DNA of 64,000 bases from Verrucomicrobiota bacterium (GTDB taxonomy: Bacteria > Chlamydiota > Chlamydiia > Chlamydiales > JAAKFR01). The DNA is taken from contig JAFEGP010000027.1 in the NCBI GenBank assembly GCA_018239815.1, forward strand, positions 17,232 to 81,231, in the 5' to 3' direction. The notes below the pieces were generated by a model. The model was given only the letters and a program-made list of their open reading frames with translations, did no database searches and had not been told where the DNA came from. How positions within the stretch are numbered: the first letter of the stretch is position 1; every line of letters begins with the position of its first letter. The translations under genes and the position numbers were made by a program. Shown piece after piece: positions 9,964-20,421 of the stretch.

Positions 9964-11147
9964 CAATCCTTGTGATGAACTGCGGAAGTTCTTCCATTAA
10001 AGCAACGATTTTTGCTCAGGAGGGTTCTAGTCTTAAAACTATTTTTGAAGCTCATTTAAAAGAGCCTCTTTCTTCCAATCCCTCTTTAGAACTTCAAGCA
10101 CAGCACTATCCTGTTGGCAAATATCTATCGTATGCACAAGCCGCGGAAGTTATAATTCAATCTTTTAGGGATCAGGGTTGGGATATAGCCTCTTTAAAGG
10201 CCATAGGACATCGTGTTGTTCATGGTGGAGAGCGTTATGTAAAAAGCGTATTACTAACTCCTGATGTTAACAAAGATTTGGAAGAATTCTCTTGTTTGGC
10301 TCCTTTGCATAATCAGCCTGCCCTTGAAACTATCCGTTACATGCAGCATCTATTTTCACAGACACCCCATATCGCAGTGTTTGATACAGCATTTCATGCT
10401 ACTTTGCCTCCTAAGGCTGCTTTGTATCCTATTCCCTGGGAGCTTTCTTGTTTGTACAAGATTAAACGGTATGGATTCCATGGCTTAGCTCATGCTTTTT
10501 CATGGAAATGTTATGAAAAGGCATTTCATCATGTACAGCATCGAGTTATCACAGTTCATTTGGGACATGGATGTTCTTTGGCAGCTATTTGTGCTGGAAT
10601 ATGCCTAGATACAAGCATGGGATTTACCCCCTTAGATGGAATTATGATGTCAACACGTAGTGGAGAATTGGATCCAGCAATTGTTGCGTTTCTGGTCGAA
10701 AAAGAAAAGAAATCCGCTCAAGACATTCTGGATATTCTTAATCATCAATCTGGGCTATTAGGTGTTTCTGGAGCAATTCAAGATATGCAAATTATCGTGC
10801 AACAAGCTAAAGAAAACCCACGCTCAAAATTAGCCTTAGAGATGTTTATTTATCAGATTCAGAAAAAAATTGGTTCTTATCTAGCTGTCCTGGGAGGAGT
10901 AGACGCTTTGCTTTTCAGTGGGGGGATCGGAGAGAATAGTCCTGAGGTTCGACAAGGCATTGCTCAAGCGTTTTCTTGGTATGGAATCCAAGTCTGTGAA
11001 AAGAAAAATCAACAGTGTCGTGCTCTTAAGCCAGGGAACTTAGAATTGATCAGTCTCCCGGAAAGCATCCCAGCAGTCTATGTTGTAGCAAGTCATGAAA
11101 ATTTATTAATTGCTGAGGAAGTGTTAAATTTTCTTTCCTTTTCTTGA
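9960..11147 (+). CDS. ackA: acetate kinase
   Basis: [23 protein letters not shown] and RYGFHGLAH are acetate kinase motifs. The ATG at 9960 overlaps the xfp stop (ATGA). The ORF track extends the ORF to 9942. Confidence 0.9.
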   Translation: MTILVMNCGSSSIKATIFAQEGSSLKTIFEAHLKEPLSSNPSLELQAQHYPVGKYLSYAQAAEVIIQSFRDQGWDIASLKAIGHRVVHGGERYVKSVLLTPDVNKDLEEFSCLAPLHNQPALETIRYMQHLFSQTPHIAVFDTAFHATLPPKAALYPIPWELSCLYKIKRYGFHGLAHAFSWKCYEKAFHHVQHRVITVHLGHGCSLAAICAGICLDTSMGFTPLDGIMMSTRSGELDPAIVAFLVEKEKKSAQDILDILNHQSGLLGVSGAIQDMQIIVQQAKENPRSKLALEMFIYQIQKKIGSYLAVLGGVDALLFSGGIGENSPEVRQGIAQAFSWYGIQVCEKKNQQCRALKPGNLELISLPESIPAVYVVASHENLLIAEEVLNFLSFS

Positions 11148-11322
11148 AATCATTAAGAAAAATGGGATGTTTCTTGAAATAGCAAGTAAATGTCTTGTTA
11201 AAAATAATTAATTAAATATTAAAAAACAGGGTGAAATTTAAAACGAAAATCCTCAGTGAATGCCTTTGATTATTAATACTTGTTTTTGGCAAACTGATCC
11301 TTTTAATTTTTTTGGCAATTTT

Positions 11323-12837
11323 ATGACGAAAAAGACCGCAATTACTCCTACCCGTTTAGAGAACTACGCTGAGTGGTTCCAGCAAGTGATAAAACATGCT
11401 GATATGGCAGAAAATTCTCCTGTGCGTGGTTGCATGGTTATCAAACCATGGGGATATGGCATTTGGGAAAACATTCAGATGATCTTAGATCGACGTATCA
11501 AGCAAACAGGGCATCAGAATGCTTATTTTCCTTTATTTATTCCTTTAAGCTTTTTAGAGAAAGAAGCGGCCCATGTTGAGGGATTTGCTAAAGAATGTGC
11601 GGTAGTTACGCATCATAGATTGGAAGAGAAAAATGGAAAATTAGTCCCAACAGGTGAATTGCAAGAGCCTCTTATTATCAGACCCACATCTGAAACAATC
11701 ATAGGAGAGGCTTATTCTCGTTGGGTAGAGTCTTATCGTGATTTGCCTATTCTAATCAATCAATGGGCTAACGTGGTGCGTTGGGAAATGCGTCCTCGTA
11801 TTTTCTTAAGAACGGCAGAGTTTTTGTGGCAAGAAGGTCACACAGTTCATGCTACTGAACAGGAAGCTATAGAAGAAACATTAAAGATGCTAGAGGTCTA
11901 TCGAGAATTCATGGAAGATGTCTTGGCTATTCCTGTTGTGGTTGGGGAAAAATCACCTGGAGAGCGTTTCCCAGGAGCTGTCAATACCTATACCTTAGAA
12001 GCTATGACACAAGACAGAAAAGCTTTACAAGCTGGTACTTCACACTATTTAGGACAAAATTTTGCTAAAGCTTCTAATATTCGATTCCGTGATCAGCAGG
12101 GGCAGTTATTGTATGCTTACACGACTTCATGGGGTGTGACCACTCGTATGATTGGAGCCATGATTATGTGTCATAGTGATGATGATGGGTTGCGCTTACC
12201 TCCTCGCATTGCACCACGTCAGATTGTTATTCTCCCTGTGATTCCTAAACCAGAGATGGAACAAGCTGTATTAGCGTATGCAGACTCTGTTGCTCAGCTT
12301 TTGCAGGATAAATTATTTTATGGGCAACCCTTGTCTGTTTTAGTGGATAAACGAGACAGAAGGGGTGGCGAAAAGAATTGGGAATGGATTAAAAAAGGCG
12401 TGCCGATACGTATAGAAGTAGGCCCTCGTGATATTGAAAAACAACAAGTCATGCTCAGTCGCAGAGATGCTCCTCACCAAGATAAGATTTGTGTAGATAC
12501 AACGTCTTTGGCAGATGAGGTATGTGAGATTTTAAAGCAGATCCAGCAAAACTATTATCAAGAGGCATTAAGTTTTCGTCAGGCGCATCTACATACGGAA
12601 TTGCAAACTCTAGAAGATATGAAAAGGTTTTTTACCCCTAACAACCCAGATAATCCTGAAATACACGGTGGATTTGTTTTGGCTAAATGGTGTGGAGATG
12701 TTGAAACAGAAAAAATGCTCGATGAGTTAAAAATTTCTATTCGATGTTTACCTTTACAGCAAAGTGGTACGCAAGGTCATTGTATTTTAACGGGTAAGCC
12801 CGCGACACTCGATGCCATTTTTGCAAAGTCTTATTGA
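11323..12837 (+). CDS. proS: proline--tRNA ligase (archaeal/eukaryote-like type without the bacterial insertion domain)
   Basis: MTKKTAITPTRLENYAEWFQQVIKHADMAE...VRGCMVIKPWGYGIWE and class II motifs. The likely start is the ATG at 11323, which is Met22 of the track ORF. Confidence 0.9.
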   Translation: MTKKTAITPTRLENYAEWFQQVIKHADMAENSPVRGCMVIKPWGYGIWENIQMILDRRIKQTGHQNAYFPLFIPLSFLEKEAAHVEGFAKECAVVTHHRLEEKNGKLVPTGELQEPLIIRPTSETIIGEAYSRWVESYRDLPILINQWANVVRWEMRPRIFLRTAEFLWQEGHTVHATEQEAIEETLKMLEVYREFMEDVLAIPVVVGEKSPGERFPGAVNTYTLEAMTQDRKALQAGTSHYLGQNFAKASNIRFRDQQGQLLYAYTTSWGVTTRMIGAMIMCHSDDDGLRLPPRIAPRQIVILPVIPKPEMEQAVLAYADSVAQLLQDKLFYGQPLSVLVDKRDRRGGEKNWEWIKKGVPIRIEVGPRDIEKQQVMLSRRDAPHQDKICVDTTSLADEVCEILKQIQQNYYQEALSFRQAHLHTELQTLEDMKRFFTPNNPDNPEIHGGFVLAKWCGDVETEKMLDELKISIRCLPLQQSGTQGHCILTGKPATLDAIFAKSY

Positions 12838-12941
12838 CTTGTATCAAAATGTCTTGTAGAAGTTTCGATTTTGCATCTTAACAAAATGCAATACAACCAG
12901 TGGAAAAACTGCCTGTATTGACGGATGTGGGAGTGACAAGA

Positions 12942-13709
12942 ATGAGAGTCTTATTTTTTTTGATTGCTCTTATCAGCATTAAATTTTTACCAGCAGACAT
13001 TATTGAGGTAATGCGTTTTGAAGAAATCGAACGCTACTTAGAGCCTGACACTTTAATTATTTTAGACATTGATAACACTTTACTTGAGCCTATACAAGAA
13101 CTGGGCACGGATCAGTGGTTTGTACATCGTCGAGACTGGTACGAACAACAGGGCTATACGTCAGGGGAGTCCTTGGAGATGGCTTTGGCTGAATGGGAAG
13201 CTGTACAAAACATCACAAAAGTCATGGCTGTGGAGCGCTCCACTCCAGGTATTGTGACACAGCTGCAGCAAAAGTATATTGTGATGGGGATGTCAACACG
13301 GGGATTAGCTCTTGCAACACGCACTGTCTATCAACTTAAAGATATCGGGATTAATTTAGCTTCGGCTTCTTTAACAGCTGAAGATGTGCCTTTATTGAAT
13401 CCACAAGCAATTCTCTTTCGTAAAGGAATACTCTTTACATCTGGAACACACAAAGGACGAGCCTTGCTTAAATTGTTTGAGCAACTGCATTACACAGCTA
13501 AGCGAATCATATTTGTTAATGATAAAGCTACACATTTAAGAGAAGTAGAAGTTGCCTGTGAAGAAAGTCATATCCCTTTTATAGGCCTGCGCTACGGTTT
13601 TCTAGATGAGAAAGTCAAAGCTTTTCGTTCAGATATTGCGCGTGTGCAATTTGAAAATTTTAAGATGATTTTGTCCGACAAAGAAGCCCTTAACCTTATA
13701 GAGCACTAA
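12942..13709 (+). CDS. exported HAD-superfamily-like hydrolase (uncharacterised family)
   Basis: DxDxT-type motif ILDIDNTLLEP follows the hydrophobic leader MRVLFFLIALISIKF. A later FVNDK motif is also present. The start was chosen at the ATG at 12942. Confidence 0.6.
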   Translation: MRVLFFLIALISIKFLPADIIEVMRFEEIERYLEPDTLIILDIDNTLLEPIQELGTDQWFVHRRDWYEQQGYTSGESLEMALAEWEAVQNITKVMAVERSTPGIVTQLQQKYIVMGMSTRGLALATRTVYQLKDIGINLASASLTAEDVPLLNPQAILFRKGILFTSGTHKGRALLKLFEQLHYTAKRIIFVNDKATHLREVEVACEESHIPFIGLRYGFLDEKVKAFRSDIARVQFENFKMILSDKEALNLIEH

Positions 13710-13712
13710 AAT

Positions 13713-14318
13713 ATGGCCAAACTTTACTTTCGTTATGGAACTGTGAGCAGCGCAAAGACATTAAATTTGTTGGCTGTAGCACATAATTATCGCCAACAAA
13801 ATAAAAAAGTCCTGCTGCTTAAACCTGCTCTGGATGACCGTTATGGGAAAAATAACATCAAGTCAAGAGCTGGGTTACAAACCCAAGCAGATCTATTAAT
13901 TGATGAGTCTACAGATTTGACTCATATCTGTCTTAAGGATGTTGATTGTATCTTAGTAGACGAAGCGCAGTTTATGCCTGTAAAAATCATAGATCAGCTC
14001 AGGCATATTACATTAAAACTTAACATACCTGTTATTTGTTATGGGCTGCGTACAGATTTTCGTACTTATCTTTTTGAGGGTACCCGTCGCTTAATGGAGG
14101 TGGCTGATTCTATCGAGGAAGTGAAATCTACATGCTTTTATTGTCATAAAAAGGCAGTTGTCAATATCCGACATGTTAATGGTCAAGCAAGCTTAAGTGG
14201 ACAAACTATAGAACTAGGGGCGGATGAACGTTACGTGCCTGCCTGTTTTGGTTGTTACCTGGAGCAACATGCTCAGACTGACGTTAAGACCATCGAACAA
14301 TTTCTCTCTTTAGTTTAA
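13713..14318 (+). CDS. tdk: thymidine kinase
   Basis: It aligns along its whole length with E. coli-type Tdk: MAKLYFRYG...SAKT, ILVDEAQF, ICYGLRTDFR, and the zinc-ribbon Cys pairs CFYC...CFGC. Confidence 0.92.
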   Translation: MAKLYFRYGTVSSAKTLNLLAVAHNYRQQNKKVLLLKPALDDRYGKNNIKSRAGLQTQADLLIDESTDLTHICLKDVDCILVDEAQFMPVKIIDQLRHITLKLNIPVICYGLRTDFRTYLFEGTRRLMEVADSIEEVKSTCFYCHKKAVVNIRHVNGQASLSGQTIELGADERYVPACFGCYLEQHAQTDVKTIEQFLSLV

Positions 14319-14321
14319 AAA

Positions 14322-14355
14322 TTGAGGATCTCTATCTCCCTATAGAGACCCTCAA
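14322..14355 (+). terminator. hairpin immediately after tdk (possible terminator, no U-tract)
   Basis: TTGAGGATCTCTA (14322..14334) pairs with TAGAGACCCTCAA (14343..14355) with one mismatch. The loop is 8 nt. Confidence 0.3.
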
Positions 14356-14770
14356 CCGCATTCCCTTCCTTAGGGTTGGGGTGCGAAAAGCAACTTTAAA
14401 AAATTCTTGCAGCCAAAGGCATTGTTTCGTCTTAGCTGGCAAGCACAGGTTGTGCTCACGTAAAAGCTGTAAAAAATAGTTCTGCTGTTCAGCCTTTAGA
14501 TGTCACTCTTACTCCCTCCTAAGGTCTGTACAATAGATCTTACACTGAGGAGTTATTCTGTCTGTGAAATTCACTAACGTCTTCTTTTATTTATTATGCA
14601 AATTTATATTTTAATGTTAAGAAAAATTAAAGATTTTCCATTTCTTTTTCTAAGAACTCTCGAGGATAATATGTGAAAATTCAAATGTTTTTCTGAATTT
14701 GTGTAGGATTTATTTTAAAATGAGGGGATAATAAAACTAAGAGATTAAGAGCTTTAAAGGGAGGTGTCCC

Positions 14771-16819
14771 ATGGCTACCCAAGCATTAAGTATTTTAGAT
14801 GCCCTGGAAAATTTAAGCGCTATTGTTGATGCAGAGACATTAGATGATTTAGAGCTTACGGAAGATTATCGCCTTATCTTTCATGACTTAGAAGGCAATC
14901 AAGAAGAACAGGAAGAGATTTGGATAGGAGCTGGAGCTCAGGAGCAAACGCTTGAAGCGATTTCTAAAACATTTCAAGCTGTTGCACAGCATCTTGAAGT
15001 CTTTTACAGGCGTATGAAAGAGAGAGGGGATAAGCAGCATCTTGTAGAAAGTGTAAATGCTGTGATGGTTCTGGTTGGAGAGGCTGCAAAAAAATTAGAA
15101 CGTACAGATTCAATCTTTCAACAACATCTGTCTCAGATGCCGGCCTATCACCAGCTTCAAGAATTTTATCGCTCTCGTATTATTAAAGAATTCCCTCAAG
15201 CATTTATCAAATCAGCTTCAAGTTCTTCAAAAGATCAGGAAATCTCTTCCAAACAAACAGCTTTAAATAACTTGCAGACACTGAAAGATGATCAACTTTA
15301 TGAACTTTTCTACTTAAAAAATGAGGACGGCTATAATTTTTTCACTCCTGAACTTGCTCAACATATCAAATTGGCCTGTGAATTTGGTGAATATGCACAG
15401 ACAGAGGCTGTTGATGATCCCTTGTTACAAATTAAAAACTGGGATGATCGTTCAAGGCATTTGATTGCTAAAGAAATCTTGCAGACAGTGAAAAGACCTT
15501 TGGAAGAGTATTTTAAATATGTATCTTTAATTAAAGATACAGAGCTTGCTCCTTTGTTAAATCGCGCGATTATGGCTTTGATGTTAGCCTCACATTCTAG
15601 ACATTTATTAAGGCAATTTTCAGCCAAAACCTGTGCTCACTACATGCAAGACTTTATCGTTTTTTTACGAGAAGTGCTACATCACAGAGAATTTCAAAAA
15701 TTACAAATCTATCCTATAACTTCTTCCCAAACAGGACTAAAATGTCTTAAAGATCTTGTACAAGATCTTGTACATGCATTGTTTTATTCGCATCCTCACC
15801 AAGAGGAAGTTAAGCAGTTTATTATTCAAAATATCTCTAAAGGCGCTGACCACGCGCATCTCTCGGCTTTTCTACAACATGCACAAACGAAAATGCAAAA
15901 CTTGTTGTCAGCACATCCTAATGGTCCTGTTCTGAAGGCATTAGACATAGTAGCAGAACAAGAAGAAACAAGAGTGTTCGACCCTCTTTTATTAGGGAAT
16001 TGGCCAGAGCATGGATTAACCTTACATAATTCATACCAGCAAATTCATGTGCTGCGTATGGGATGTCCAATTACACAACACATCATTCATAAAGCTTTTG
16101 TTACAGAAGAATTTAAAGAATTTTTGCGTGGATATAAAGGTGTTTTATTGTTTGTGAACTTGCAGGACAGAACATCTTGGAAAGAGTATGCTCGTTGTGA
16201 AGCTATAGAAAAATTAGGACAGCAAGCAGAATTCTCTAACAATTTTATTGTTGTCACATTGCCTATTCATACGGACTTTTATCAACAACGCGGTATCTAT
16301 GCAGGGTTAGGTCAGTCAGAAGAGTTTATTAAGCAATTTATCCAGCAAATAAAAGACTCTACAACAGGATTTTATTTTCCAGAAGTGCTCCGTAAACCAT
16401 TATTAGGACCTTTTTTAGAAAAACTGGTAAGATCTGTGCATCAGCACTACTTTGATCAACAAGATTTATTGAGCATACAACAACGACTTGTCTTCATTTC
16501 TATTGTTTTCAATGCCTTAGTAATTAAGGCATGGGAAGTCACTAAAGCTACAGATTTAGCACTAAGCTCAAAAGATGGTCTAGATTTGACAGCAGCTCTT
16601 ACATTAGAACTGTGTGCCTTCCTTCATCCACATCCAGACCATACATGGATGGACACAGCCGTTGCACAATGCTTTGCTCCGACCCTGCTTTATAGGGAAA
16701 GGCTGCCCTCTAACGAATGTCTACAGCGTACGCAGGCTGTCATTCGCACAATGGAAGAACATCCTCAATCTCTTGCTAAGCTAGGTGTGAAGACATTTAA
16801 TATACGTTTTGAGCTTTAG
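14771..16819 (+). CDS. large hypothetical protein (682 aa), no family recognised
   Basis: Long ORF with a strong RBS (GGGAGG 5 nt before the ATG). It is predicted to be helical, with an acidic N-terminus, and follows a 450 nt intergenic region. Confidence 0.7.
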   Translation: MATQALSILDALENLSAIVDAETLDDLELTEDYRLIFHDLEGNQEEQEEIWIGAGAQEQTLEAISKTFQAVAQHLEVFYRRMKERGDKQHLVESVNAVMVLVGEAAKKLERTDSIFQQHLSQMPAYHQLQEFYRSRIIKEFPQAFIKSASSSSKDQEISSKQTALNNLQTLKDDQLYELFYLKNEDGYNFFTPELAQHIKLACEFGEYAQTEAVDDPLLQIKNWDDRSRHLIAKEILQTVKRPLEEYFKYVSLIKDTELAPLLNRAIMALMLASHSRHLLRQFSAKTCAHYMQDFIVFLREVLHHREFQKLQIYPITSSQTGLKCLKDLVQDLVHALFYSHPHQEEVKQFIIQNISKGADHAHLSAFLQHAQTKMQNLLSAHPNGPVLKALDIVAEQEETRVFDPLLLGNWPEHGLTLHNSYQQIHVLRMGCPITQHIIHKAFVTEEFKEFLRGYKGVLLFVNLQDRTSWKEYARCEAIEKLGQQAEFSNNFIVVTLPIHTDFYQQRGIYAGLGQSEEFIKQFIQQIKDSTTGFYFPEVLRKPLLGPFLEKLVRSVHQHYFDQQDLLSIQQRLVFISIVFNALVIKAWEVTKATDLALSSKDGLDLTAALTLELCAFLHPHPDHTWMDTAVAQCFAPTLLYRERLPSNECLQRTQAVIRTMEEHPQSLAKLGVKTFNIRFEL

Positions 16820-18327
16820 GATAATGTATATTTGTTTTTCAAATATCTGAGGTAAGGCTCAGGGGATAAAGCTTGCCCTGTCACACGTTTGATTAATTCT
16901 TCAGCAGAATACAAATGTCCGTGTTCATGAATTTCACATCGCAACCATGTGGTCACAAAATTTAAAGACTGTTCTTTTGCAAGACGTTGACCCCAGTCAG
17001 GATGTAGAGTTTCAAAGGTTGCAAAGATTTGAGCAGCATATAGATTCCCAAGAGCGTAGGTGGGAAAGTATCCAAAACCACCCATAGACCAATGGATGTC
17101 TTGCAAGCATCCTTCTTGATCTGAGGCAGGCTCGACTCCTAAGAAACGTTTCATAAGCATGTTCCACATATCTGGGATATCTTTAACGGACAATTCTTTT
17201 TTAATAAGAGCCTTTTCTATCTCATAGCGTACTAAAATATGCAGACAGTAGGTCACTTCATCAGCTTCAATACGAATGACAGAAGGGTGTACGGCATTCA
17301 TAGCACGATAAAATTGATCTAGAGAAACATGACCTAACTGTGCGGGGAAGGTTTGAGCAAGCAGTGGATAGAAATATTGCCAAAATTGTTGACTTTGCCC
17401 AATAAAAGTTTCCCAAAATCTAGACTGACTTTCATGAATGCCTAGCGAAATGGCTTCACAAATAGGTGTTCCATAGAAATCTTGAGGTAAGCCCATTTCA
17501 TATAACCCGTGACCTGCTTCATGTAAAATAGCAGAAAGACAATCTAATACAGAAGTTTTGTGAATACGCGAAGTAATGCGACTATCTGTAGGATGAAAGG
17601 AAGTTGAAAAGGGATGCGTAGACAGATCAAGACGGCCAAAATCAAAAGAGTAGCCCACTTTTTCAAGGATCAATTTGCCGAAATCCAATTGCTGTTGTTC
17701 AGCAAATGTGCCGTGCAGTATAGAAGTGTCTGCTCTAGGCTGTTTTTGAATTTGTTGTACAAAAGAATGAAGCTGTTGACCCAAAGCTTGAAATAAAGGA
17801 TCGAGTTGAGCACATGTCATATCAGGCTCATAATGATCAAGCAAAGCATCATAAGGATGATCTTTGAATCCAATGTAATCTGCCTTTTGACGACTCATTT
17901 CAATGATTTTTTCCAAATAGGGAGCAAAAAGAGAAAAATTATTGTTCTGTCTTGCTTCAGCCCAAATGCCATGAGATTGTGAGCATAGCTTGGCAAATTG
18001 TTTCACAAACTTATTTGGAAGTGCTGCTTGTTTCTTGTAATCTCTTTGCAGCAATTTTAAAGACACAATTTGCTGTTGACTAAGGTGAGAGCAACATAAT
18101 TGTCCCGTTTCAAGGTCAATAAAAGAAGCTAAAAGATTAGCATAAGAGGAGTGGGTTTTTTGCTCATGACATATACTGGCAAGTAATTCTAACTGCTCAG
18201 CACGTGCATGCGAAGCTCCCTTTGGCATATACGTTTCTTGGTCCCATTCTAATAAAGCTGAAACAGCTTCAAGTAGGCGTAGTTTCTTTGTATGTTCGAC
18301 TAAAGTTTGATAAGTGTTGGTTGGCAT
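16816..18327 (-). CDS. carboxypeptidase Taq-type metallopeptidase (M32 family)
   Basis: HEAGHGLYE (HExxH), STHPFSTSF, DIHWSMGGFGYFPTYALG and the N-terminal LLEWDQETYMPKGA are M32 hallmarks. Confidence 0.9.
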   Translation of the reverse strand: MPTNTYQTLVEHTKKLRLLEAVSALLEWDQETYMPKGASHARAEQLELLASICHEQKTHSSYANLLASFIDLETGQLCCSHLSQQQIVSLKLLQRDYKKQAALPNKFVKQFAKLCSQSHGIWAEARQNNNFSLFAPYLEKIIEMSRQKADYIGFKDHPYDALLDHYEPDMTCAQLDPLFQALGQQLHSFVQQIQKQPRADTSILHGTFAEQQQLDFGKLILEKVGYSFDFGRLDLSTHPFSTSFHPTDSRITSRIHKTSVLDCLSAILHEAGHGLYEMGLPQDFYGTPICEAISLGIHESQSRFWETFIGQSQQFWQYFYPLLAQTFPAQLGHVSLDQFYRAMNAVHPSVIRIEADEVTYCLHILVRYEIEKALIKKELSVKDIPDMWNMLMKRFLGVEPASDQEGCLQDIHWSMGGFGYFPTYALGNLYAAQIFATFETLHPDWGQRLAKEQSLNFVTTWLRCEIHEHGHLYSAEELIKRVTGQALSPEPYLRYLKNKYTLS

Positions 18328-19388
18328 AGATATTCAGGGTTTAAAGAAGTTGCTGTTTGAGGTAACCAAATACGGTCAATGCGCTCTCCCAAAGAGGCCA
18401 AAATTAAACGAGGATTGGTGTTTAAAGCACAACCAAGTTGTTCCAAAGGTTGTTGTGGACCAAATATCTCTGCCCAATCCCCCACACATACTTTGGAATG
18501 ATGAGTAATATCTACCATCATAAAATCCATACAAATCTGTCCAAGTACAGGGGCAGGTTGCTGATTCAGCATGACATGTAAAGAGGGTCCATAAGAACAA
18601 TGCCAACCATCATGGTAACCTATGCCTAAAACTGCAATTTTCTTATGTTCGTTTAAGGGGTTCCCGCAATAGCTCACTGCTTCTCCTTTCTCAACATAAC
18701 GCGTAGCTAAAACACGAGTGCGTAATGTTAAAGCAAGATGAGGTACAAATAACCCAAACCCTATACGTGCCATATTACAGGCAAGAGAAGGAAATTTATG
18801 GTAACTGGTGGAGGCGTTGGCATGAATCCATTTAGGCCGCTCAGGTAATTGCGCAACAAATTTTTCAAAGGAACTTAGTTGTTGATGAGTCAGAGTGTCT
18901 TTGCTAGGGTCTTTAGCACCCATTAAGTGAGTCATGATGCCTTCAATAAAAAGATGCCGAGATTTTTTTAAGGCATGAATGAGAGCAGGAGCTTCTTCTA
19001 CCGTTGCACCAAAACGATTAAGACCAGAATTAATTTTGATATGTACAGGATAAGAAGAAGTTGCAGCATGATCCAAGGCTCGAATTTTCTCAATCGTATC
19101 TACAGAAGCAGTGAGTTGATAGTCGATGACTTGTTTAGCTTCATGAGGTAAAAAACTCAAAACAAGGATAGGAAGATCTAGACCTGCTTGCCGTAGAGCT
19201 ATTGCTTCTTGCAGGTAGGAAACCCCAAGATAAGGCACATTTAAACGCGAAAAAAAATGTGCTAACTGTACCGCTCCTACACCATAGCCATTGGCTTTCA
19301 ACATAGGCATCGCTGGCACTCGATCAAATAACTTAAAGTTTTGATACAGAGCATTTGGATCGATGAGTAGTTCACTGTAAGCGGGCAT
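18300..19388 (-). CDS. alr: alanine racemase
   Basis: PLP-lysine motif MLKANGYGVGA, length of 362 aa, and C-terminal domain ICMDFMMVDIT. Confidence 0.85.
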   Translation of the reverse strand: MPAYSELLIDPNALYQNFKLFDRVPAMPMLKANGYGVGAVQLAHFFSRLNVPYLGVSYLQEAIALRQAGLDLPILVLSFLPHEAKQVIDYQLTASVDTIEKIRALDHAATSSYPVHIKINSGLNRFGATVEEAPALIHALKKSRHLFIEGIMTHLMGAKDPSKDTLTHQQLSSFEKFVAQLPERPKWIHANASTSYHKFPSLACNMARIGFGLFVPHLALTLRTRVLATRYVEKGEAVSYCGNPLNEHKKIAVLGIGYHDGWHCSYGPSLHVMLNQQPAPVLGQICMDFMMVDITHHSKVCVGDWAEIFGPQQPLEQLGCALNTNPRLILASLGERIDRIWLPQTATSLNPEYLCQPTLIKL

Positions 19389-20421
19389 AATTCCACAAAG
19401 AGAAAATGGTTAAAAGCGCAGGCGGGACGCAAATGGCCACAACTGGCGCCAGCAACTGACTTCCTCCTAGGATAGAGGAAGTGTTAACAATGACTAAATA
19501 ACAGATTCCACCGAGCAAGGTCCAGAAAAAAAGCATGTAGACGGGCATTTGGCGAGAAAAATGCAGACAAAAAGGAGCTGGGATCAAAACAGCAAAAAGA
19601 CAAGCTAAGGGAAGCGTTAATTGCTGTAAAAAATAAGCGGTTGTCTTTGCAATACGGTCAGGAACTTTATGCACAGATAAAGAGGTTTGATGACTAAGCT
19701 GAGATAATGACTGAGAGGTAAGAGGTAAAATCTTAGATTTTAGTGCTTTGTTGTCTAAAGAGATTGGAAGAGATTCCGTGGATGCTACACTTGTAACGCG
19801 TTTCCATCCTTTGTTTGTTTTTGTAAGCTTATCTACAAAATATCCCTGATGATTTTTAAGATCTAAGTATTTCATATGCCAAATTGTTGAAGAATTTTTG
19901 AGCCAATAAACATCCTCAAGAGTGTTTTGTTTTGCGTTGTAATTGGCATAAATTAATTCTGAATCATCTTGCGGCAAAGAAAGCATAGAAACAGTAGGGG
20001 CTGTTTGCTGTTTTAAGTAAGTACTGCGAAAATTGTGGTTCCAAGCATTAGCTTTGGGAGCAATCCATTGTCCATTGAAATACAAGGCTGTCATAACAAG
20101 AACAGCAAAGGCTAACAAAGGATGCAAGACACTACGTTTGGAGATTCCTCCTGTTGTTAAAACTATAAGCTCGCGTGTACGCGTAAGCTGAGTACAAAGA
20201 GTTACCGTGCAAAGCAAAAGCACAAAGCATACTAGGTGATTGAGAAGCTTCATCAGCTGCGTGAGCTCATACAGCAAGATGATGCCAAAATGCATATGAG
20301 GTTGTCTGAAAAGGTTAGCACGTGCAGAAAGGTCAAAAATAATAAGAAGAAATACTGTTGCACTCAAAAAAAAGAAAAACAATTTACTGATCTGTCGAAA
20401 AAGGTAATGTTTGTAAATCAT
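19372..20421 (-). CDS. LptF/LptG family permease (YjgP/YjgQ)
   Basis: 349 aa with about 6 TM segments and a central periplasmic domain. It is paired with, and overlaps by 4 nt, a second family member. Confidence 0.75.
   Translation of the reverse strand: MIYKHYLFRQISKLFFFFLSATVFLLIIFDLSARANLFRQPHMHFGIILLYELTQLMKLLNHLVCFVLLLCTVTLCTQLTRTRELIVLTTGGISKRSVLHPLLAFAVLVMTALYFNGQWIAPKANAWNHNFRSTYLKQQTAPTVSMLSLPQDDSELIYANYNAKQNTLEDVYWLKNSSTIWHMKYLDLKNHQGYFVDKLTKTNKGWKRVTSVASTESLPISLDNKALKSKILPLTSQSLSQLSHQTSLSVHKVPDRIAKTTAYFLQQLTLPLACLFAVLIPAPFCLHFSRQMPVYMLFFWTLLGGICYLVIVNTSSILGGSQLLAPVVAICVPPALLTIFSLWNYARLQ

Noticed and set aside
14409-14456. GCAGCCAAAGGCA...TAGCTGGCAAG, reminiscent of the conserved 3' strand of SRP (4.5S) RNA domain IV
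   Set aside because: There is no matching 5' strand with a GGAA/GNRA-capped helix (no AGGUC...GGAA context), and no extended pairing that would complete a 4.5S hairpin. Only a short local hairpin (AGCACA-GGT-TGTGCT) is present.
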